Positions 9,479-18,424 of a DNA stretch of 64,000 nucleotides are shown piece by piece (the first letter of the stretch is position 1; every line of letters begins with the position of its first letter). Position numbers and translations under genes: made by a program. The stretch comes from an uncultured Candidatus Saccharibacteria bacterium (GTDB taxonomy: Bacteria > Patescibacteriota > Minisyncoccia > Phycocordibacterales > DAORIS01), in the NCBI GenBank assembly GCA_964644035.1, contig CAZXUH010000002.1, forward strand, positions 104,881 through 168,880, given 5' to 3'. The notes under the pieces were generated by a model. That model was not told the origin of the DNA. It searched no databases and worked only from the letters and a program-made list of their open reading frames with translations.

Positions 9479-10544
9479 TGTAGAGAAAAAACTTATACAA
9501 TGTTCTCGAGAAATTCGAGAAAGCTATGTTCTTAAAAAAGAAGAGCGTATTCGGATTTCCGAAAATGTGCTCAATCATGCTCATCAGAACGACCACAAGG
9601 CAAAAATCCCTTCTCCATATCACAAGGTCAAGTTCCCACATTTCTTTTTTATGAATTACAGCAGCATAGCTCTGCTTTGCATCTTTATATTTACTGGCGT
9701 ACTGTCATATGTAGCCGAAAATGCTCTCCCAGGAGACCCTCTCTACAATGTTAAGACCAATTTCAATGAAAATCTCCAGTCTATTTTGACGGTTTCTCCC
9801 GAATCCAATGCAAAGTTCCAAACAACTCTCGTAAAGAAGCGTCTTCAGGAAGCAGAAGATCTCGCAGCAGCAGACAAGCTCTCGGGCGACAATGAAAAGA
9901 CACTCGCTATCAATTTTGAGAAAAACTTTGAAGATTTTAAACAGTCTATACAAGAAGTAGACAATTCTCAGTCATCGATTGCTTTGCTTAAAATATCTGC
10001 AACAACGAGCAAGATGGCGGTCACCGCAAGCACTACAGAAGAATTTTTGACATATGATGCCAAGACAATTGGTTTCGAAGCGGCCAAAAAGCTTTCATAT
10101 GCTGCGCTTCATGCTATATCACAGTCACTTGAAGATGTAGATGTCGATAGTGTCTTCTCGTCTTCATCGACAGCCAAGATTTTGAAGTATTCTACGTCTT
10201 CAATGCCAGCAGAATTTAGTATATCTCTTGCTACGACAAGCGATATTATTGCTTCTTCATCAATCGTAGTTGCTTCGACATCTCTCAAAGCTATTTCTCA
10301 CAGTTTTGCTTTTGAAATGTATATTATCGACATGCAAATACAGGCCAATGATGCCATCGCGCTCCTTCGAAAGGGAGAATATGCAGCTGCTTTTGAAAAC
10401 TTCCAGGAAGTGCTCGTAAAAATAGATTTTATAAAAGAAAAACTTGCTTTGACCCAAGTTCTCAATATAGATAGTGAATTGTCTCCAGAAACAGCAACTT
10501 CGACTGCAACAACAACTCTTTCCACAAACGTCACGTCGTCATAG
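9471..10544 (+). CDS. Putative membrane anti-sigma factor (DUF5667-like)
   Basis: Overlaps the sigma stop; single TM then AENALPGDPLYNVK...KRLQEA. Confidence 0.7.
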   Translation: MNDVEKKLIQCSREIRESYVLKKEERIRISENVLNHAHQNDHKAKIPSPYHKVKFPHFFFMNYSSIALLCIFIFTGVLSYVAENALPGDPLYNVKTNFNENLQSILTVSPESNAKFQTTLVKKRLQEAEDLAAADKLSGDNEKTLAINFEKNFEDFKQSIQEVDNSQSSIALLKISATTSKMAVTASTTEEFLTYDAKTIGFEAAKKLSYAALHAISQSLEDVDVDSVFSSSSTAKILKYSTSSMPAEFSISLATTSDIIASSSIVVASTSLKAISHSFAFEMYIIDMQIQANDAIALLRKGEYAAAFENFQEVLVKIDFIKEKLALTQVLNIDSELSPETATSTATTTLSTNVTSS

Positions 10545-10553
10545 AATAAGTAG

Positions 10554-11147
10554 ATGGAACGGTTTTATATTCTCGTAACTGCACTCGGCAATCCCGAAGT
10601 GATACTCAGTATCTTTGCCTTTCTTTTTGTTGTTGTTCTTATCAATCATCGTAAACATATCGTCAAAACTTTTCTTGGTGCACTTTTGACGGGCATCATT
10701 GTCGCCTTTGCAGTCAAGGAATATATCCAATCGCCACGCCCGTACAGTGATCTTCTTTTATATTCGCATGGTTATTCTTTTCCAAGTGCTCATGCTCTTA
10801 TTGCCACTGTTACCTATGGCTTCATAGGTTTCTATCTCTGGCGACTTGTCGGTACTCGTCTAGCTCGTATTGCAGGTGTGGTTATCGGTGTTGGTATTCC
10901 ATTCCTAGTTGGCCTTTCACGCCTCTATTTGGGCGTACATAGGACGATCGATGTCGTGGCTGGATGGGGAATCGGAGCGATCATTTTGGCCTCATGGATC
11001 GTCCATTTGGTAAGAGCTCAGAGAAGGGAGACATATCAGCCACATTTGTCGCGTTTGTCACATTTGTTCCTATTCCTCGTCATAGTATCTGAGGTTGTAT
11101 TTATAAGCGTATCGCTCTATTTTTTCCAATCTCGGATACCACTGTAA
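10554..11147 (+). CDS. PAP2 family membrane phosphatase
   Basis: KxxxxxxRP, SFPSAH, SRLYLGVHxxxD motifs. Confidence 0.92.
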   Translation: MERFYILVTALGNPEVILSIFAFLFVVVLINHRKHIVKTFLGALLTGIIVAFAVKEYIQSPRPYSDLLLYSHGYSFPSAHALIATVTYGFIGFYLWRLVGTRLARIAGVVIGVGIPFLVGLSRLYLGVHRTIDVVAGWGIGAIILASWIVHLVRAQRRETYQPHLSRLSHLFLFLVIVSEVVFISVSLYFFQSRIPL

Positions 11148-11187
11148 GATGGTATAATTAAAAATAATAGTAATTAATAATATTTAT

Positions 11188-11997
11188 ATGGAACCAAAGC
11201 ACATAGCGTATAACAAGCCGATTCAAATCGCACTTCTCATTCTCTTGATTGTCGGCTGCGTCGCCAGCCTCAAGGGATTGGCATTCGGAAAGATGGGTAA
11301 GGGTAGTGCACTAGATAAGCCAACAATTGTTGTCTATGGTACGGGCGAAGTATACGCATCACCCGATGTTGCTATGGTTTCTTTTGAAGTTCGCAAGGAG
11401 TCAAAGACTGTTGCTGATGCTCAGGACCAGGTCAACAAGATTATGGCAGACGTAAAGGCAGGACTCATTGCAAAGGGTATTGAGGAAAAAGATATAAAGA
11501 CCCAGTACTACAGCACCTACCCAGTCTATGATTATGTTCAGACTCCAGCGGTATCATGCAGTCCCTCATATTGCCCTCCATCAGGACAAAATCAGGTTCT
11601 TCGTGGTTATGAAGTGTCACAGAGCATAGAAGTAAAGATCAGAAATATCGACACCAGTGGTGACATCATTAGTCTCCTTGGTACCAAGTCAGTTACAAAC
11701 ATCAGTGGTCTAAATTTCACAATCGACAATGAAGATGCAGTCAAAGCGACAGCTCGCCAGCAGGCTATCGATGAAGCCAAGGCAAAAGCTGAAGCTCTGG
11801 CAGATCAACTCGGCGTGAAGCTTGTCAGAATCGTCAACTTCAACGAAGATATCAGTCCTGCATATCCAATGATGTACGCTCGTGGTGGCGCAATGGATGC
11901 GGTCAAACTCGAATCAGCAGTAGGCAATCCAGCCGTCCTCCCAACAGGCGAGAACAAGATCATCTCCAACGTCTCTATCGTCTACGAGATCCGATAA
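11188..11997 (+). CDS. SIMPL/DUF541 (BP26/YggE-like) protein
   Basis: VYGTGEVYASPDVA, ARQQAIDEAKAKAEALADQLGVKL. Confidence 0.9.
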   Translation: MEPKHIAYNKPIQIALLILLIVGCVASLKGLAFGKMGKGSALDKPTIVVYGTGEVYASPDVAMVSFEVRKESKTVADAQDQVNKIMADVKAGLIAKGIEEKDIKTQYYSTYPVYDYVQTPAVSCSPSYCPPSGQNQVLRGYEVSQSIEVKIRNIDTSGDIISLLGTKSVTNISGLNFTIDNEDAVKATARQQAIDEAKAKAEALADQLGVKLVRIVNFNEDISPAYPMMYARGGAMDAVKLESAVGNPAVLPTGENKIISNVSIVYEIR

Positions 11998-12015
11998 TAC
12001 AACATTTCTCTCACC

Positions 12016-12044
12016 AAAAACCCCTCAACTATGAGGGGTTTTTG
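12016..12044 (+). terminator. Intrinsic terminator after SIMPL gene
   Basis: aaaaacccctca-acta-tgaggggttttt hairpin with U tract. Confidence 0.85.
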
Positions 12045-12069
12045 TATGTCTGGTTTGATATACTGACAA

Positions 12070-12098
12070 TTGACAATGTGTATTACTAGCGGTAATAT
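12070..12098 (+). promoter_or_regulatory. Sigma70 promoter of secE-nusG-rplK
   Basis: TTGACA-N17-TAATAT. Confidence 0.7.
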
Positions 12099-12134
12099 GG
12101 GTGCATATTAGCCCCTCGGGGCTTTTTAATTAAC

Positions 12135-12320
12135 ATGAGCATCAACGACTATATCAGGGAAACACGAGCAGAAATGAAGCATGTCGTCTGGCCTACACGA
12201 GCCCAGACTATCGCTTACTCTCTGGCCGTCATTATTATTTCATTGGTAGTAGCAGCTATTCTTGGTGGGGCAGACAGCATCTTTAGCGTCGTTCTCAAGA
12301 GGCTTCTCGGAGCAGAATAA
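12135..12320 (+). CDS. secE: Preprotein translocase subunit SecE
   Basis: EMKHVVWPTR motif plus one TM; precedes nusG. Confidence 0.95.
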   Translation: MSINDYIRETRAEMKHVVWPTRAQTIAYSLAVIIISLVVAAILGGADSIFSVVLKRLLGAE

Positions 12321-12331
12321 TCATTATTTAA

Positions 12332-12877
12332 ATGTCGAAGCAAAAAATAGACGAAGGTAGAAATTGGTACGTTATTCATACCTATGCTGGCTATGAAAAT
12401 GCCGTGGCCCGCAATCTCAAGCAGCGCATCGAGTCCCTCAACATGCAGGACAAGATTTTCAACGTGCTCGTACCGACTGAAAAGAAGATCAAGGTCAAGG
12501 CAAGCAAGCGCGTCGAGGAAGAAGAAAAAATCTATCCTGGCTACATTCTTGTAGAAATGACCGTGACTGATGATTCTTGGTATGTTGTGCGCAATACTCC
12601 TCGCGTAACAGGCTTCGTCGGCTCAGGCGTCTATCCGGTACCTATTGATAAGAAAGAAATCGATTCTCTCTTTGCTCGCATGAATGCCGGTACTCCAAAA
12701 CACAATATCGATCTCGAAGTCGACGACCAGGTTCGCATTGCAGATGGTCCGTTCAAGGATCTCGAAGGCAAGGTCAATGAAATCGATGATGAACGAGGCA
12801 AGGTCAAGGTTCTCGTCAACATGTTCGGCCGCGAAACGCCGGTAGAACTCGATTTCTTGCAAGTGCACAAAATCTAG
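12332..12877 (+). CDS. nusG: Transcription elongation factor NusG
   Basis: WYVIHTYAGYE, YPGYILV, KOW domain GPF...MFGRETPVEL. Confidence 0.98.
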   Translation: MSKQKIDEGRNWYVIHTYAGYENAVARNLKQRIESLNMQDKIFNVLVPTEKKIKVKASKRVEEEEKIYPGYILVEMTVTDDSWYVVRNTPRVTGFVGSGVYPVPIDKKEIDSLFARMNAGTPKHNIDLEVDDQVRIADGPFKDLEGKVNEIDDERGKVKVLVNMFGRETPVELDFLQVHKI

Positions 12878-12901
12878 TGTAGTCTAAGCATTCCAAATAT
12901 T

Positions 12902-13324
12902 ATGGCAAAAACAGTCAAGAAAACATTAAAAATGATCATCCCAGCCGGCAAGGCAACTCCTGCGCCGCCAATTGGTCCTACCATTGGTCAGGCTGGTATC
13001 AACATTGGTGAATTCGTAAAACAGTTCAACGATAAATCTGCAAAGATGGCAGGTGATACAGTTACCGCAGTTGTTTCAGTCTACGACGACCGATCATTTA
13101 GCATTGCTATCAAAACTCCTCCAGCAAGCTCACTTATTCTCAAAGCCATCAAAGCAGAGAAGGGATCAGGCAAAAACAAGGCTTCAAAAGCTGGAACGAT
13201 CACCAAAGCTCAGGTGCGCGAAATTGCCGAGAAGAAACTCGTCGATCTCAACGCTCACGATGTAGAAGCTGCAATGAAAATCATCGAAGGTTCAGCCCGC
13301 TCAATGGGTGTGGAAGTAAAGTAA
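12902..13324 (+). CDS. rplK: 50S ribosomal protein L11
   Basis: AGKATPAPPIGP, KTPPAS, GSARSMG. Confidence 0.98.
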   Translation: MAKTVKKTLKMIIPAGKATPAPPIGPTIGQAGINIGEFVKQFNDKSAKMAGDTVTAVVSVYDDRSFSIAIKTPPASSLILKAIKAEKGSGKNKASKAGTITKAQVREIAEKKLVDLNAHDVEAAMKIIEGSARSMGVEVK

Positions 13325-13819
13325 TTAGACTCTCTCTAATTGAACGTAAGAATAGGGGACTGGCTCATTTGAGTGGTCCTCTTCTTGCTTTTTATGCTTA
13401 AATTCAGAATAGTCGGGGAAGAAGACATTGGCTTTTTCATGGGCATCGACAAGTGTCAGGTAGAGTCTGTCGGTCATGGGTAGTGCGGCAGTGTATATTT
13501 CTCCGCCTCCAATGATAAATATTTCATTGGAGTCTATTTTTTTTGCTATTGCAATCGCTTCATCGATCGACGAACACACCGTGCAGCCAGGAGCAGAGTA
13601 GTTGGCATTGCGAGTGATTATAATATTTGTTCTTTCAGGCAATGGACGGCCTATTGATTCGTACGTCTTTCTTCCCATAATAATTGGGTGATTGAGCGTG
13701 AGCCTTTTAAATCTTTTAAGATCTTCTGATATTTTCCAGAGCAGAGAACTGTCATAACCGATACCTCGATCGGTCTTTTGAAGTGCTGCAATAATACTGA
13801 TAGTAGGTTTTTTGTCCAT
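13325..13819 (-). CDS. folA: Dihydrofolate reductase
   Basis: IIMGRKTYESIGRPLPERTNIII, FIIGGGEIY; ATG 13819 preferred. Confidence 0.95.
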   Translation of the reverse strand: MDKKPTISIIAALQKTDRGIGYDSSLLWKISEDLKRFKRLTLNHPIIMGRKTYESIGRPLPERTNIIITRNANYSAPGCTVCSSIDEAIAIAKKIDSNEIFIIGGGEIYTAALPMTDRLYLTLVDAHEKANVFFPDYSEFKHKKQEEDHSNEPVPYSYVQLERV

Positions 13820-13862
13820 GATTGACCTTGGACCCATTATACATATACTTAAGTTAAATTAC

Positions 13863-14501
13863 ATGTATATGCCAAAAACCATCAAATCACCGAAGTCAAA
13901 AAAGGCAGCAAAAGTAGATTTAAGGAGTGTTTTGGACGCTAAAACAAATCTAAAAGATCGATTTGTTCTCAATTACAAAGAACTTTCTCCAGTTGTGGCT
14001 ATGCTTAAGCAGGCAGGTTATAGGATAGTTCTAACTCAAGGTGTGTGGGATCTCATTCACGAAGGACATGCGCTGTATCTAGAAGCTGCAAAATCTCTAG
14101 GTGATATTTTGATTGTCGGTGTTGACTCCGATGAACTCACACGTCGCCGCAAAGGGCCAAATCGTCCTATTGTTCCACAGGGTGAGCGAGTAAAAATGCT
14201 CGTGCACCTTAGGCATGTCGATCTCGTAACACTTCGCGAAGCCGATCAGGGTATTGGCGATCTTATCAAGCTCGTGCGTCCCGATGTACTTATTACTTCG
14301 GAGTCGACTAAAGATTTTACTAGGGATCAGATGAAACAGTATGGTAGTTATTGTGGCAAAATTGTAACATTGCCTCCACAGGCTGCTACTTCGACAACGG
14401 CACGTGTAAGAATGCTGGCTATAGAAGGAGCTGAAAAACTTGCAACAGAGGTTTCAAAACTCACTCATGAATTCCTCGAGAAAATAAGAAAAGGATTCTA
14501 A
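13863..14501 (+). CDS. Cytidylyltransferase-family nucleotidyltransferase (TagD/RfaE-domain-II-like)
   Basis: QGVWDLIHEGH (HxGH), VGVDSD, KGPNRPI, STT motif; start 13863 or 13869. Confidence 0.85.
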   Translation: MYMPKTIKSPKSKKAAKVDLRSVLDAKTNLKDRFVLNYKELSPVVAMLKQAGYRIVLTQGVWDLIHEGHALYLEAAKSLGDILIVGVDSDELTRRRKGPNRPIVPQGERVKMLVHLRHVDLVTLREADQGIGDLIKLVRPDVLITSESTKDFTRDQMKQYGSYCGKIVTLPPQAATSTTARVRMLAIEGAEKLATEVSKLTHEFLEKIRKGF

Positions 14502-15331
14502 TGGATAAAAAGACAATCATTGCGTACATACCGGCGCTTCACAAGGGATATATTGATTTCTTAAAAAAACAATCAGGTAAGCTTCTGATCCTTGATCTCG
14601 ATTTGGTTAGAGAAATGCCACGTCTAGAAAGGGATATTAGAGCTATCTCAGCACAAGAAATGCAGAAAAGCATTGAGGTTTTGAATATATGCGATTCTGT
14701 CGAAGTGCTGGATAAGAAGGGAATGGCTGCGGTATCAAAAACAGAACATATCGTCATGCCCGATGAAGATGTCAGCCGTTTTTTCGCAGAACAGTACCTT
14801 AAAGATAATAAAATTAGTTATGAATCTGTATTTTTGCGTTGGGACAAACAAATATCAACTGTAGAACGTATTGTCCCAGAGGGCAGGGTAATATCCGCAG
14901 AACATTTCGATAAAGAAATCATGACCAAGGCTTTTACCGATGCAAAGAAAAGTTCTGATTGGTGGAGACAGATTGGAGCGGTGGTAGTCAAAGATGACAA
15001 ACCTATTCTTGTCGGGCACAACAAACCTCTTCCTTCAGATCAGGTCCACAATATTTTTGGAGATCCTCGAAGCAATTTTGATGCAGGACAAAATATAGAG
15101 CTTTCAAAATTTGTACATGCAGAAGCAAGTCTGATTGCCGAAGCAGCTAAGAGAGGAATAAGTCTTGAAGGTGCCTCAATCTATGTCACCACTTTTCCTT
15201 GTCCGGTGTGTGCAAAATCTGTGGCTTTGGCAGGTATACGCAAAGTATATTACACCAATGGATACTCCCTTCTAGATGCAGAAGACGTTCTTAAATCTTT
15301 CGGTATCGATATCGTAAAAGTAAATCTCTAA
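14501..15331 (+). CDS. dCMP deaminase-family protein with an extra ~135-aa N-terminal domain
   Basis: HAE...PCPVC zinc motif, RQIGAVVVK; start overlaps the upstream stop. Confidence 0.88.
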   Translation: MDKKTIIAYIPALHKGYIDFLKKQSGKLLILDLDLVREMPRLERDIRAISAQEMQKSIEVLNICDSVEVLDKKGMAAVSKTEHIVMPDEDVSRFFAEQYLKDNKISYESVFLRWDKQISTVERIVPEGRVISAEHFDKEIMTKAFTDAKKSSDWWRQIGAVVVKDDKPILVGHNKPLPSDQVHNIFGDPRSNFDAGQNIELSKFVHAEASLIAEAAKRGISLEGASIYVTTFPCPVCAKSVALAGIRKVYYTNGYSLLDAEDVLKSFGIDIVKVNL

Positions 15332-15784
15332 TTAGCCAACGCGAGCCATGATGGGTGTATAGGTATTTGCAAATGGGTCGGACATTATAATGTGCGCATG
15401 TAAGTGACTGACACTGGCTCCTGTGTATTTTGTATCACCAAAGCGAATGAAGCAGGTACCACCTTTTATATCGAAATCCTTTTCAATATCACTGACCAAA
15501 GTATGAAATTCTGACCAAGCTTCAGGACGTATGTCTGAAATATCAACAATATGTTTTTTGTGAATAAAAAGTATGTGCAGAGCCGCACCTTTGTACGGAT
15601 ACATATTTTTTGTTGCCAACCACGATGTAGTCTCTCTCAGAATAGGATTTTTATGATATTTTTCCAATTGCTCAGGACAAAAAGGGCATACGCCATCTTT
15701 CTGTATCTGTTCAATGACGTTGTTGTAGCCGCTTTCTTTGTCTCTCTTTGAATTATCGAGATTTACGTATGAAGGATTGGTCAT
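15332..15784 (-). CDS. HIT family protein (GalT/Ap4A-phosphorylase-like branch)
   Basis: CPFC, NMYPY, GASVSHLHAH triad. Confidence 0.85.
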   Translation of the reverse strand: MTNPSYVNLDNSKRDKESGYNNVIEQIQKDGVCPFCPEQLEKYHKNPILRETTSWLATKNMYPYKGAALHILFIHKKHIVDISDIRPEAWSEFHTLVSDIEKDFDIKGGTCFIRFGDTKYTGASVSHLHAHIIMSDPFANTYTPIMARVG

Positions 15785-15785
15785 A

Positions 15786-16673
15786 TTAAATCGGTGTTGG
15801 AATGCTCATCTTGGAATGTGGTTCGTAGTCTTCAAGAGTGAAGTGTTCTGGCCTAAAATCAAAAATATCCTTGATATCAGTATTTATTTTCATGGTTGGA
15901 AGTTTGCGTGGTTCTCGAGCAAGAAGTTCGCGGACTTTGTCATACTGACTTTCATACATATGCGCATCAGAGAAGGTATAGACTATTTCTTTGAATGAAT
16001 AATTTGTAAGATGGGCAATCATCAGTCCAAATGCTGCATACTGAATCATGTTGAACGGCACTCCAACTGGAAAATCACCTGATCGTTGAAAATGGTGAAT
16101 GCTTATTTCTTTGGTTTCTGGGAAAGCTAAGACATGAATCCAGCCGTGGCAGGGAGCGACGACGACTTTGCGGGTCAATCCTTCATGCTGAATGGTGTAT
16201 TGAGGAATCCAAGGGCTTATAAAATGCGTGCGTAGGTATGGCCTTTCTTTTATTTGCTGCACCACGTGGGCGATTTGATTGAAAGGTGCGCCTTCTTTGG
16301 TAGGGAATGTAGCCCAGGCTGCACCGTATGATCCATCTCCAAGATCGCCTGTAGGCAAGTCGAAGATATCGCATTTTTCTTTAGTGACCCATTTGCTCCA
16401 CCATTTGCAGCCAAATTTTTCCAGTTCTGCCTGAGTACGTGCTCCATGTAGAAAGGCAATATGTTCGGCTAGTGCTCCGGTGAATAGCGGGCCAGACAGA
16501 TCACGTTCACCAATAATAGGAAAACCGTTTTTCAAATCATATCGTAGCTGTATTCCCATAATCATTTTTGCTTTCTCACCGTGAATCGGTTTTACTTCGT
16601 GTCCTTGTTCGAGAATGCGTCTCAATGCATCTTGGTACTGACTATCGGGTGTACGTTCGTTGAGTGGTTTCAT
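15786..16673 (-). CDS. thyA: Thymidylate synthase ThyA (divergent)
   Basis: APCH catalytic Cys, QRSGD, GVPFN, DAHMY; ATG 16673 preferred. Confidence 0.92.
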   Translation of the reverse strand: MKPLNERTPDSQYQDALRRILEQGHEVKPIHGEKAKMIMGIQLRYDLKNGFPIIGERDLSGPLFTGALAEHIAFLHGARTQAELEKFGCKWWSKWVTKEKCDIFDLPTGDLGDGSYGAAWATFPTKEGAPFNQIAHVVQQIKERPYLRTHFISPWIPQYTIQHEGLTRKVVVAPCHGWIHVLAFPETKEISIHHFQRSGDFPVGVPFNMIQYAAFGLMIAHLTNYSFKEIVYTFSDAHMYESQYDKVRELLAREPRKLPTMKINTDIKDIFDFRPEHFTLEDYEPHSKMSIPTPI

Positions 16674-16800
16674 AATTTTATATTCTACACTACGAGGGTA
16701 ACGCTGTGCGAATTGCGCCACAACAATAGTCTATTTGTACAATCTTTATATCTGTGGTCTAAAACTTCATTCTTATATATCTGCATGCTAAACTGGCTTT

Positions 16801-17988
16801 ATGAAAGACGCTCAAATCAAAAAACTGATTGATTCGGAAAAGAAGCGCCAGAAGAAGGTTATCAATCTCATCGCCTCTGAAAACTATGTTTCAAAGGATG
16901 TTCTCGAAGCTCTCGGCTCAGAACTGACCAATAAATACGCTGAAGGCTATCCAGGCAAGCGCTACTATGGTGGACAGACATTTGTCGACAAGATTGAAAC
17001 TCTCTGTATTGATCGTGCACTCAGTCTTTTCAATCTCCGTGCCAAAGAATGGCATGTAAATGTCCAAGCACTCTCTGGTTCGCCGGCAAATCTGGCTGTA
17101 TACACCGCACTCGTACCGCTTGGCGGTCAGGGCAAGATTATGGGTATGTCACTCGATCATGGTGGACATCTTACTCACGGTCACAAGGCTTCGGCTACAG
17201 GCAAAATGTGGACGCAGATTCCATATGGCGTAGATCCTAAGACTGAAATGATTGATTATGAAAATATCAGACAGATCGCTCTTAGGGAAAAGCCGCACAT
17301 TATCGTTGCTGGATTTACCGCATACCCTCGCATGATCGATTGGAAAAAATTTAGACAAATTGCCGATGCGGCTGGAGCGCTGCTTATGGTAGACATGTCG
17401 CATATTGCAGGATTAGTCGCCGGCGAAGCGTATCCAAGTCCTTTTCATTATGCTGATATTGTTACGACTACTACGCACAAGACACTTCGCGGACCGCGCA
17501 GCGCTATGATTTTTGCAAAGAAAGACAATCGCGAACTCGATAAGAAAATTGACAAGGCAGTGTTCCCAGGTCTTCAGGGAGGTCCGCATATGAATCAGAT
17601 TGCGGCTATTGCCATCACTCTTCGCGAGGACAACACTCCTTCATATAGAAAATATGCTCATCAGGTTATTAAAAATGCCAAGCGTCTAGCAGAAGAGCTC
17701 ACAAAAAGAGGTTGGAGAGTGGTTTCAGGGGGTACCGATACTCACTTGATCCTTTTGGATACATGGATGAGTGGTCAGGGTGTGTCTGGCAAAGAGGCGA
17801 GTGATCTTTTGGAAAAAGAAAATATTATCGTCAATAAAAATACTATTCCCGGAGAAACACGTTCACCTATGGATCCGTCTGGTATTCGTCTTGGCACTGC
17901 AGCAGAAACAACTCGCGGCAAAAAAGAAAAAGACATGGTCAAGATTGCTGACAAGATAGACAAAATACTTAAGAAAGGTAAACGCTAG
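16801..17988 (+). CDS. glyA: Serine hydroxymethyltransferase
   Basis: LIASENY, NKYAEGYPGKRYYGG, TTTTHKTLRGPR. Confidence 0.98.
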   Translation: MKDAQIKKLIDSEKKRQKKVINLIASENYVSKDVLEALGSELTNKYAEGYPGKRYYGGQTFVDKIETLCIDRALSLFNLRAKEWHVNVQALSGSPANLAVYTALVPLGGQGKIMGMSLDHGGHLTHGHKASATGKMWTQIPYGVDPKTEMIDYENIRQIALREKPHIIVAGFTAYPRMIDWKKFRQIADAAGALLMVDMSHIAGLVAGEAYPSPFHYADIVTTTTHKTLRGPRSAMIFAKKDNRELDKKIDKAVFPGLQGGPHMNQIAAIAITLREDNTPSYRKYAHQVIKNAKRLAEELTKRGWRVVSGGTDTHLILLDTWMSGQGVSGKEASDLLEKENIIVNKNTIPGETRSPMDPSGIRLGTAAETTRGKKEKDMVKIADKIDKILKKGKR

Positions 17989-17994
17989 TCTCTA

Positions 17995-18423
17995 ATGTCC
18001 ATAACCGTCAAAATCAAGCGTCTTCATGCCGATGCAAAGCTGCCTTCATATGCGCACTCGGGCGACGCTGGTATGGATATTTTTGCTCAGGAAAAAACAA
18101 TTATTAAAAGGGGCCAGATCGCAAAGATCGGCACTGGTGTTTCGATGGAACTTCCCGAAGGATATGTGGCACTTGTGTGGGATAAAAGCGGTCTTGCTTC
18201 TAACTATGGTCTCAAAAACCTTGGTGGTGTGATCGACGCTGGGTATCGTGGTGAATATTTTATTACGCTCGTCAATCTCGGCAATGAAGACTATACTATC
18301 GATAAGCATCACAAGATTGCCCAAATTCTCATTCAGAAGGTAGAGCATCCGATGCTTGAAGAAGTAGAAGTGCTTAGTGATACGTCGAGGGGACAGGGAG
18401 GATTTGGCAGTACGGGTAAATAA
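17995..18423 (+). CDS. dut: dUTP diphosphatase
   Basis: GDAGMD, KSGLA, GVIDAGYRGE, RGQGGFGSTG. Confidence 0.97.
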   Translation: MSITVKIKRLHADAKLPSYAHSGDAGMDIFAQEKTIIKRGQIAKIGTGVSMELPEGYVALVWDKSGLASNYGLKNLGGVIDAGYRGEYFITLVNLGNEDYTIDKHHKIAQILIQKVEHPMLEEVEVLSDTSRGQGGFGSTGK

Positions 18424-18424
18424 T

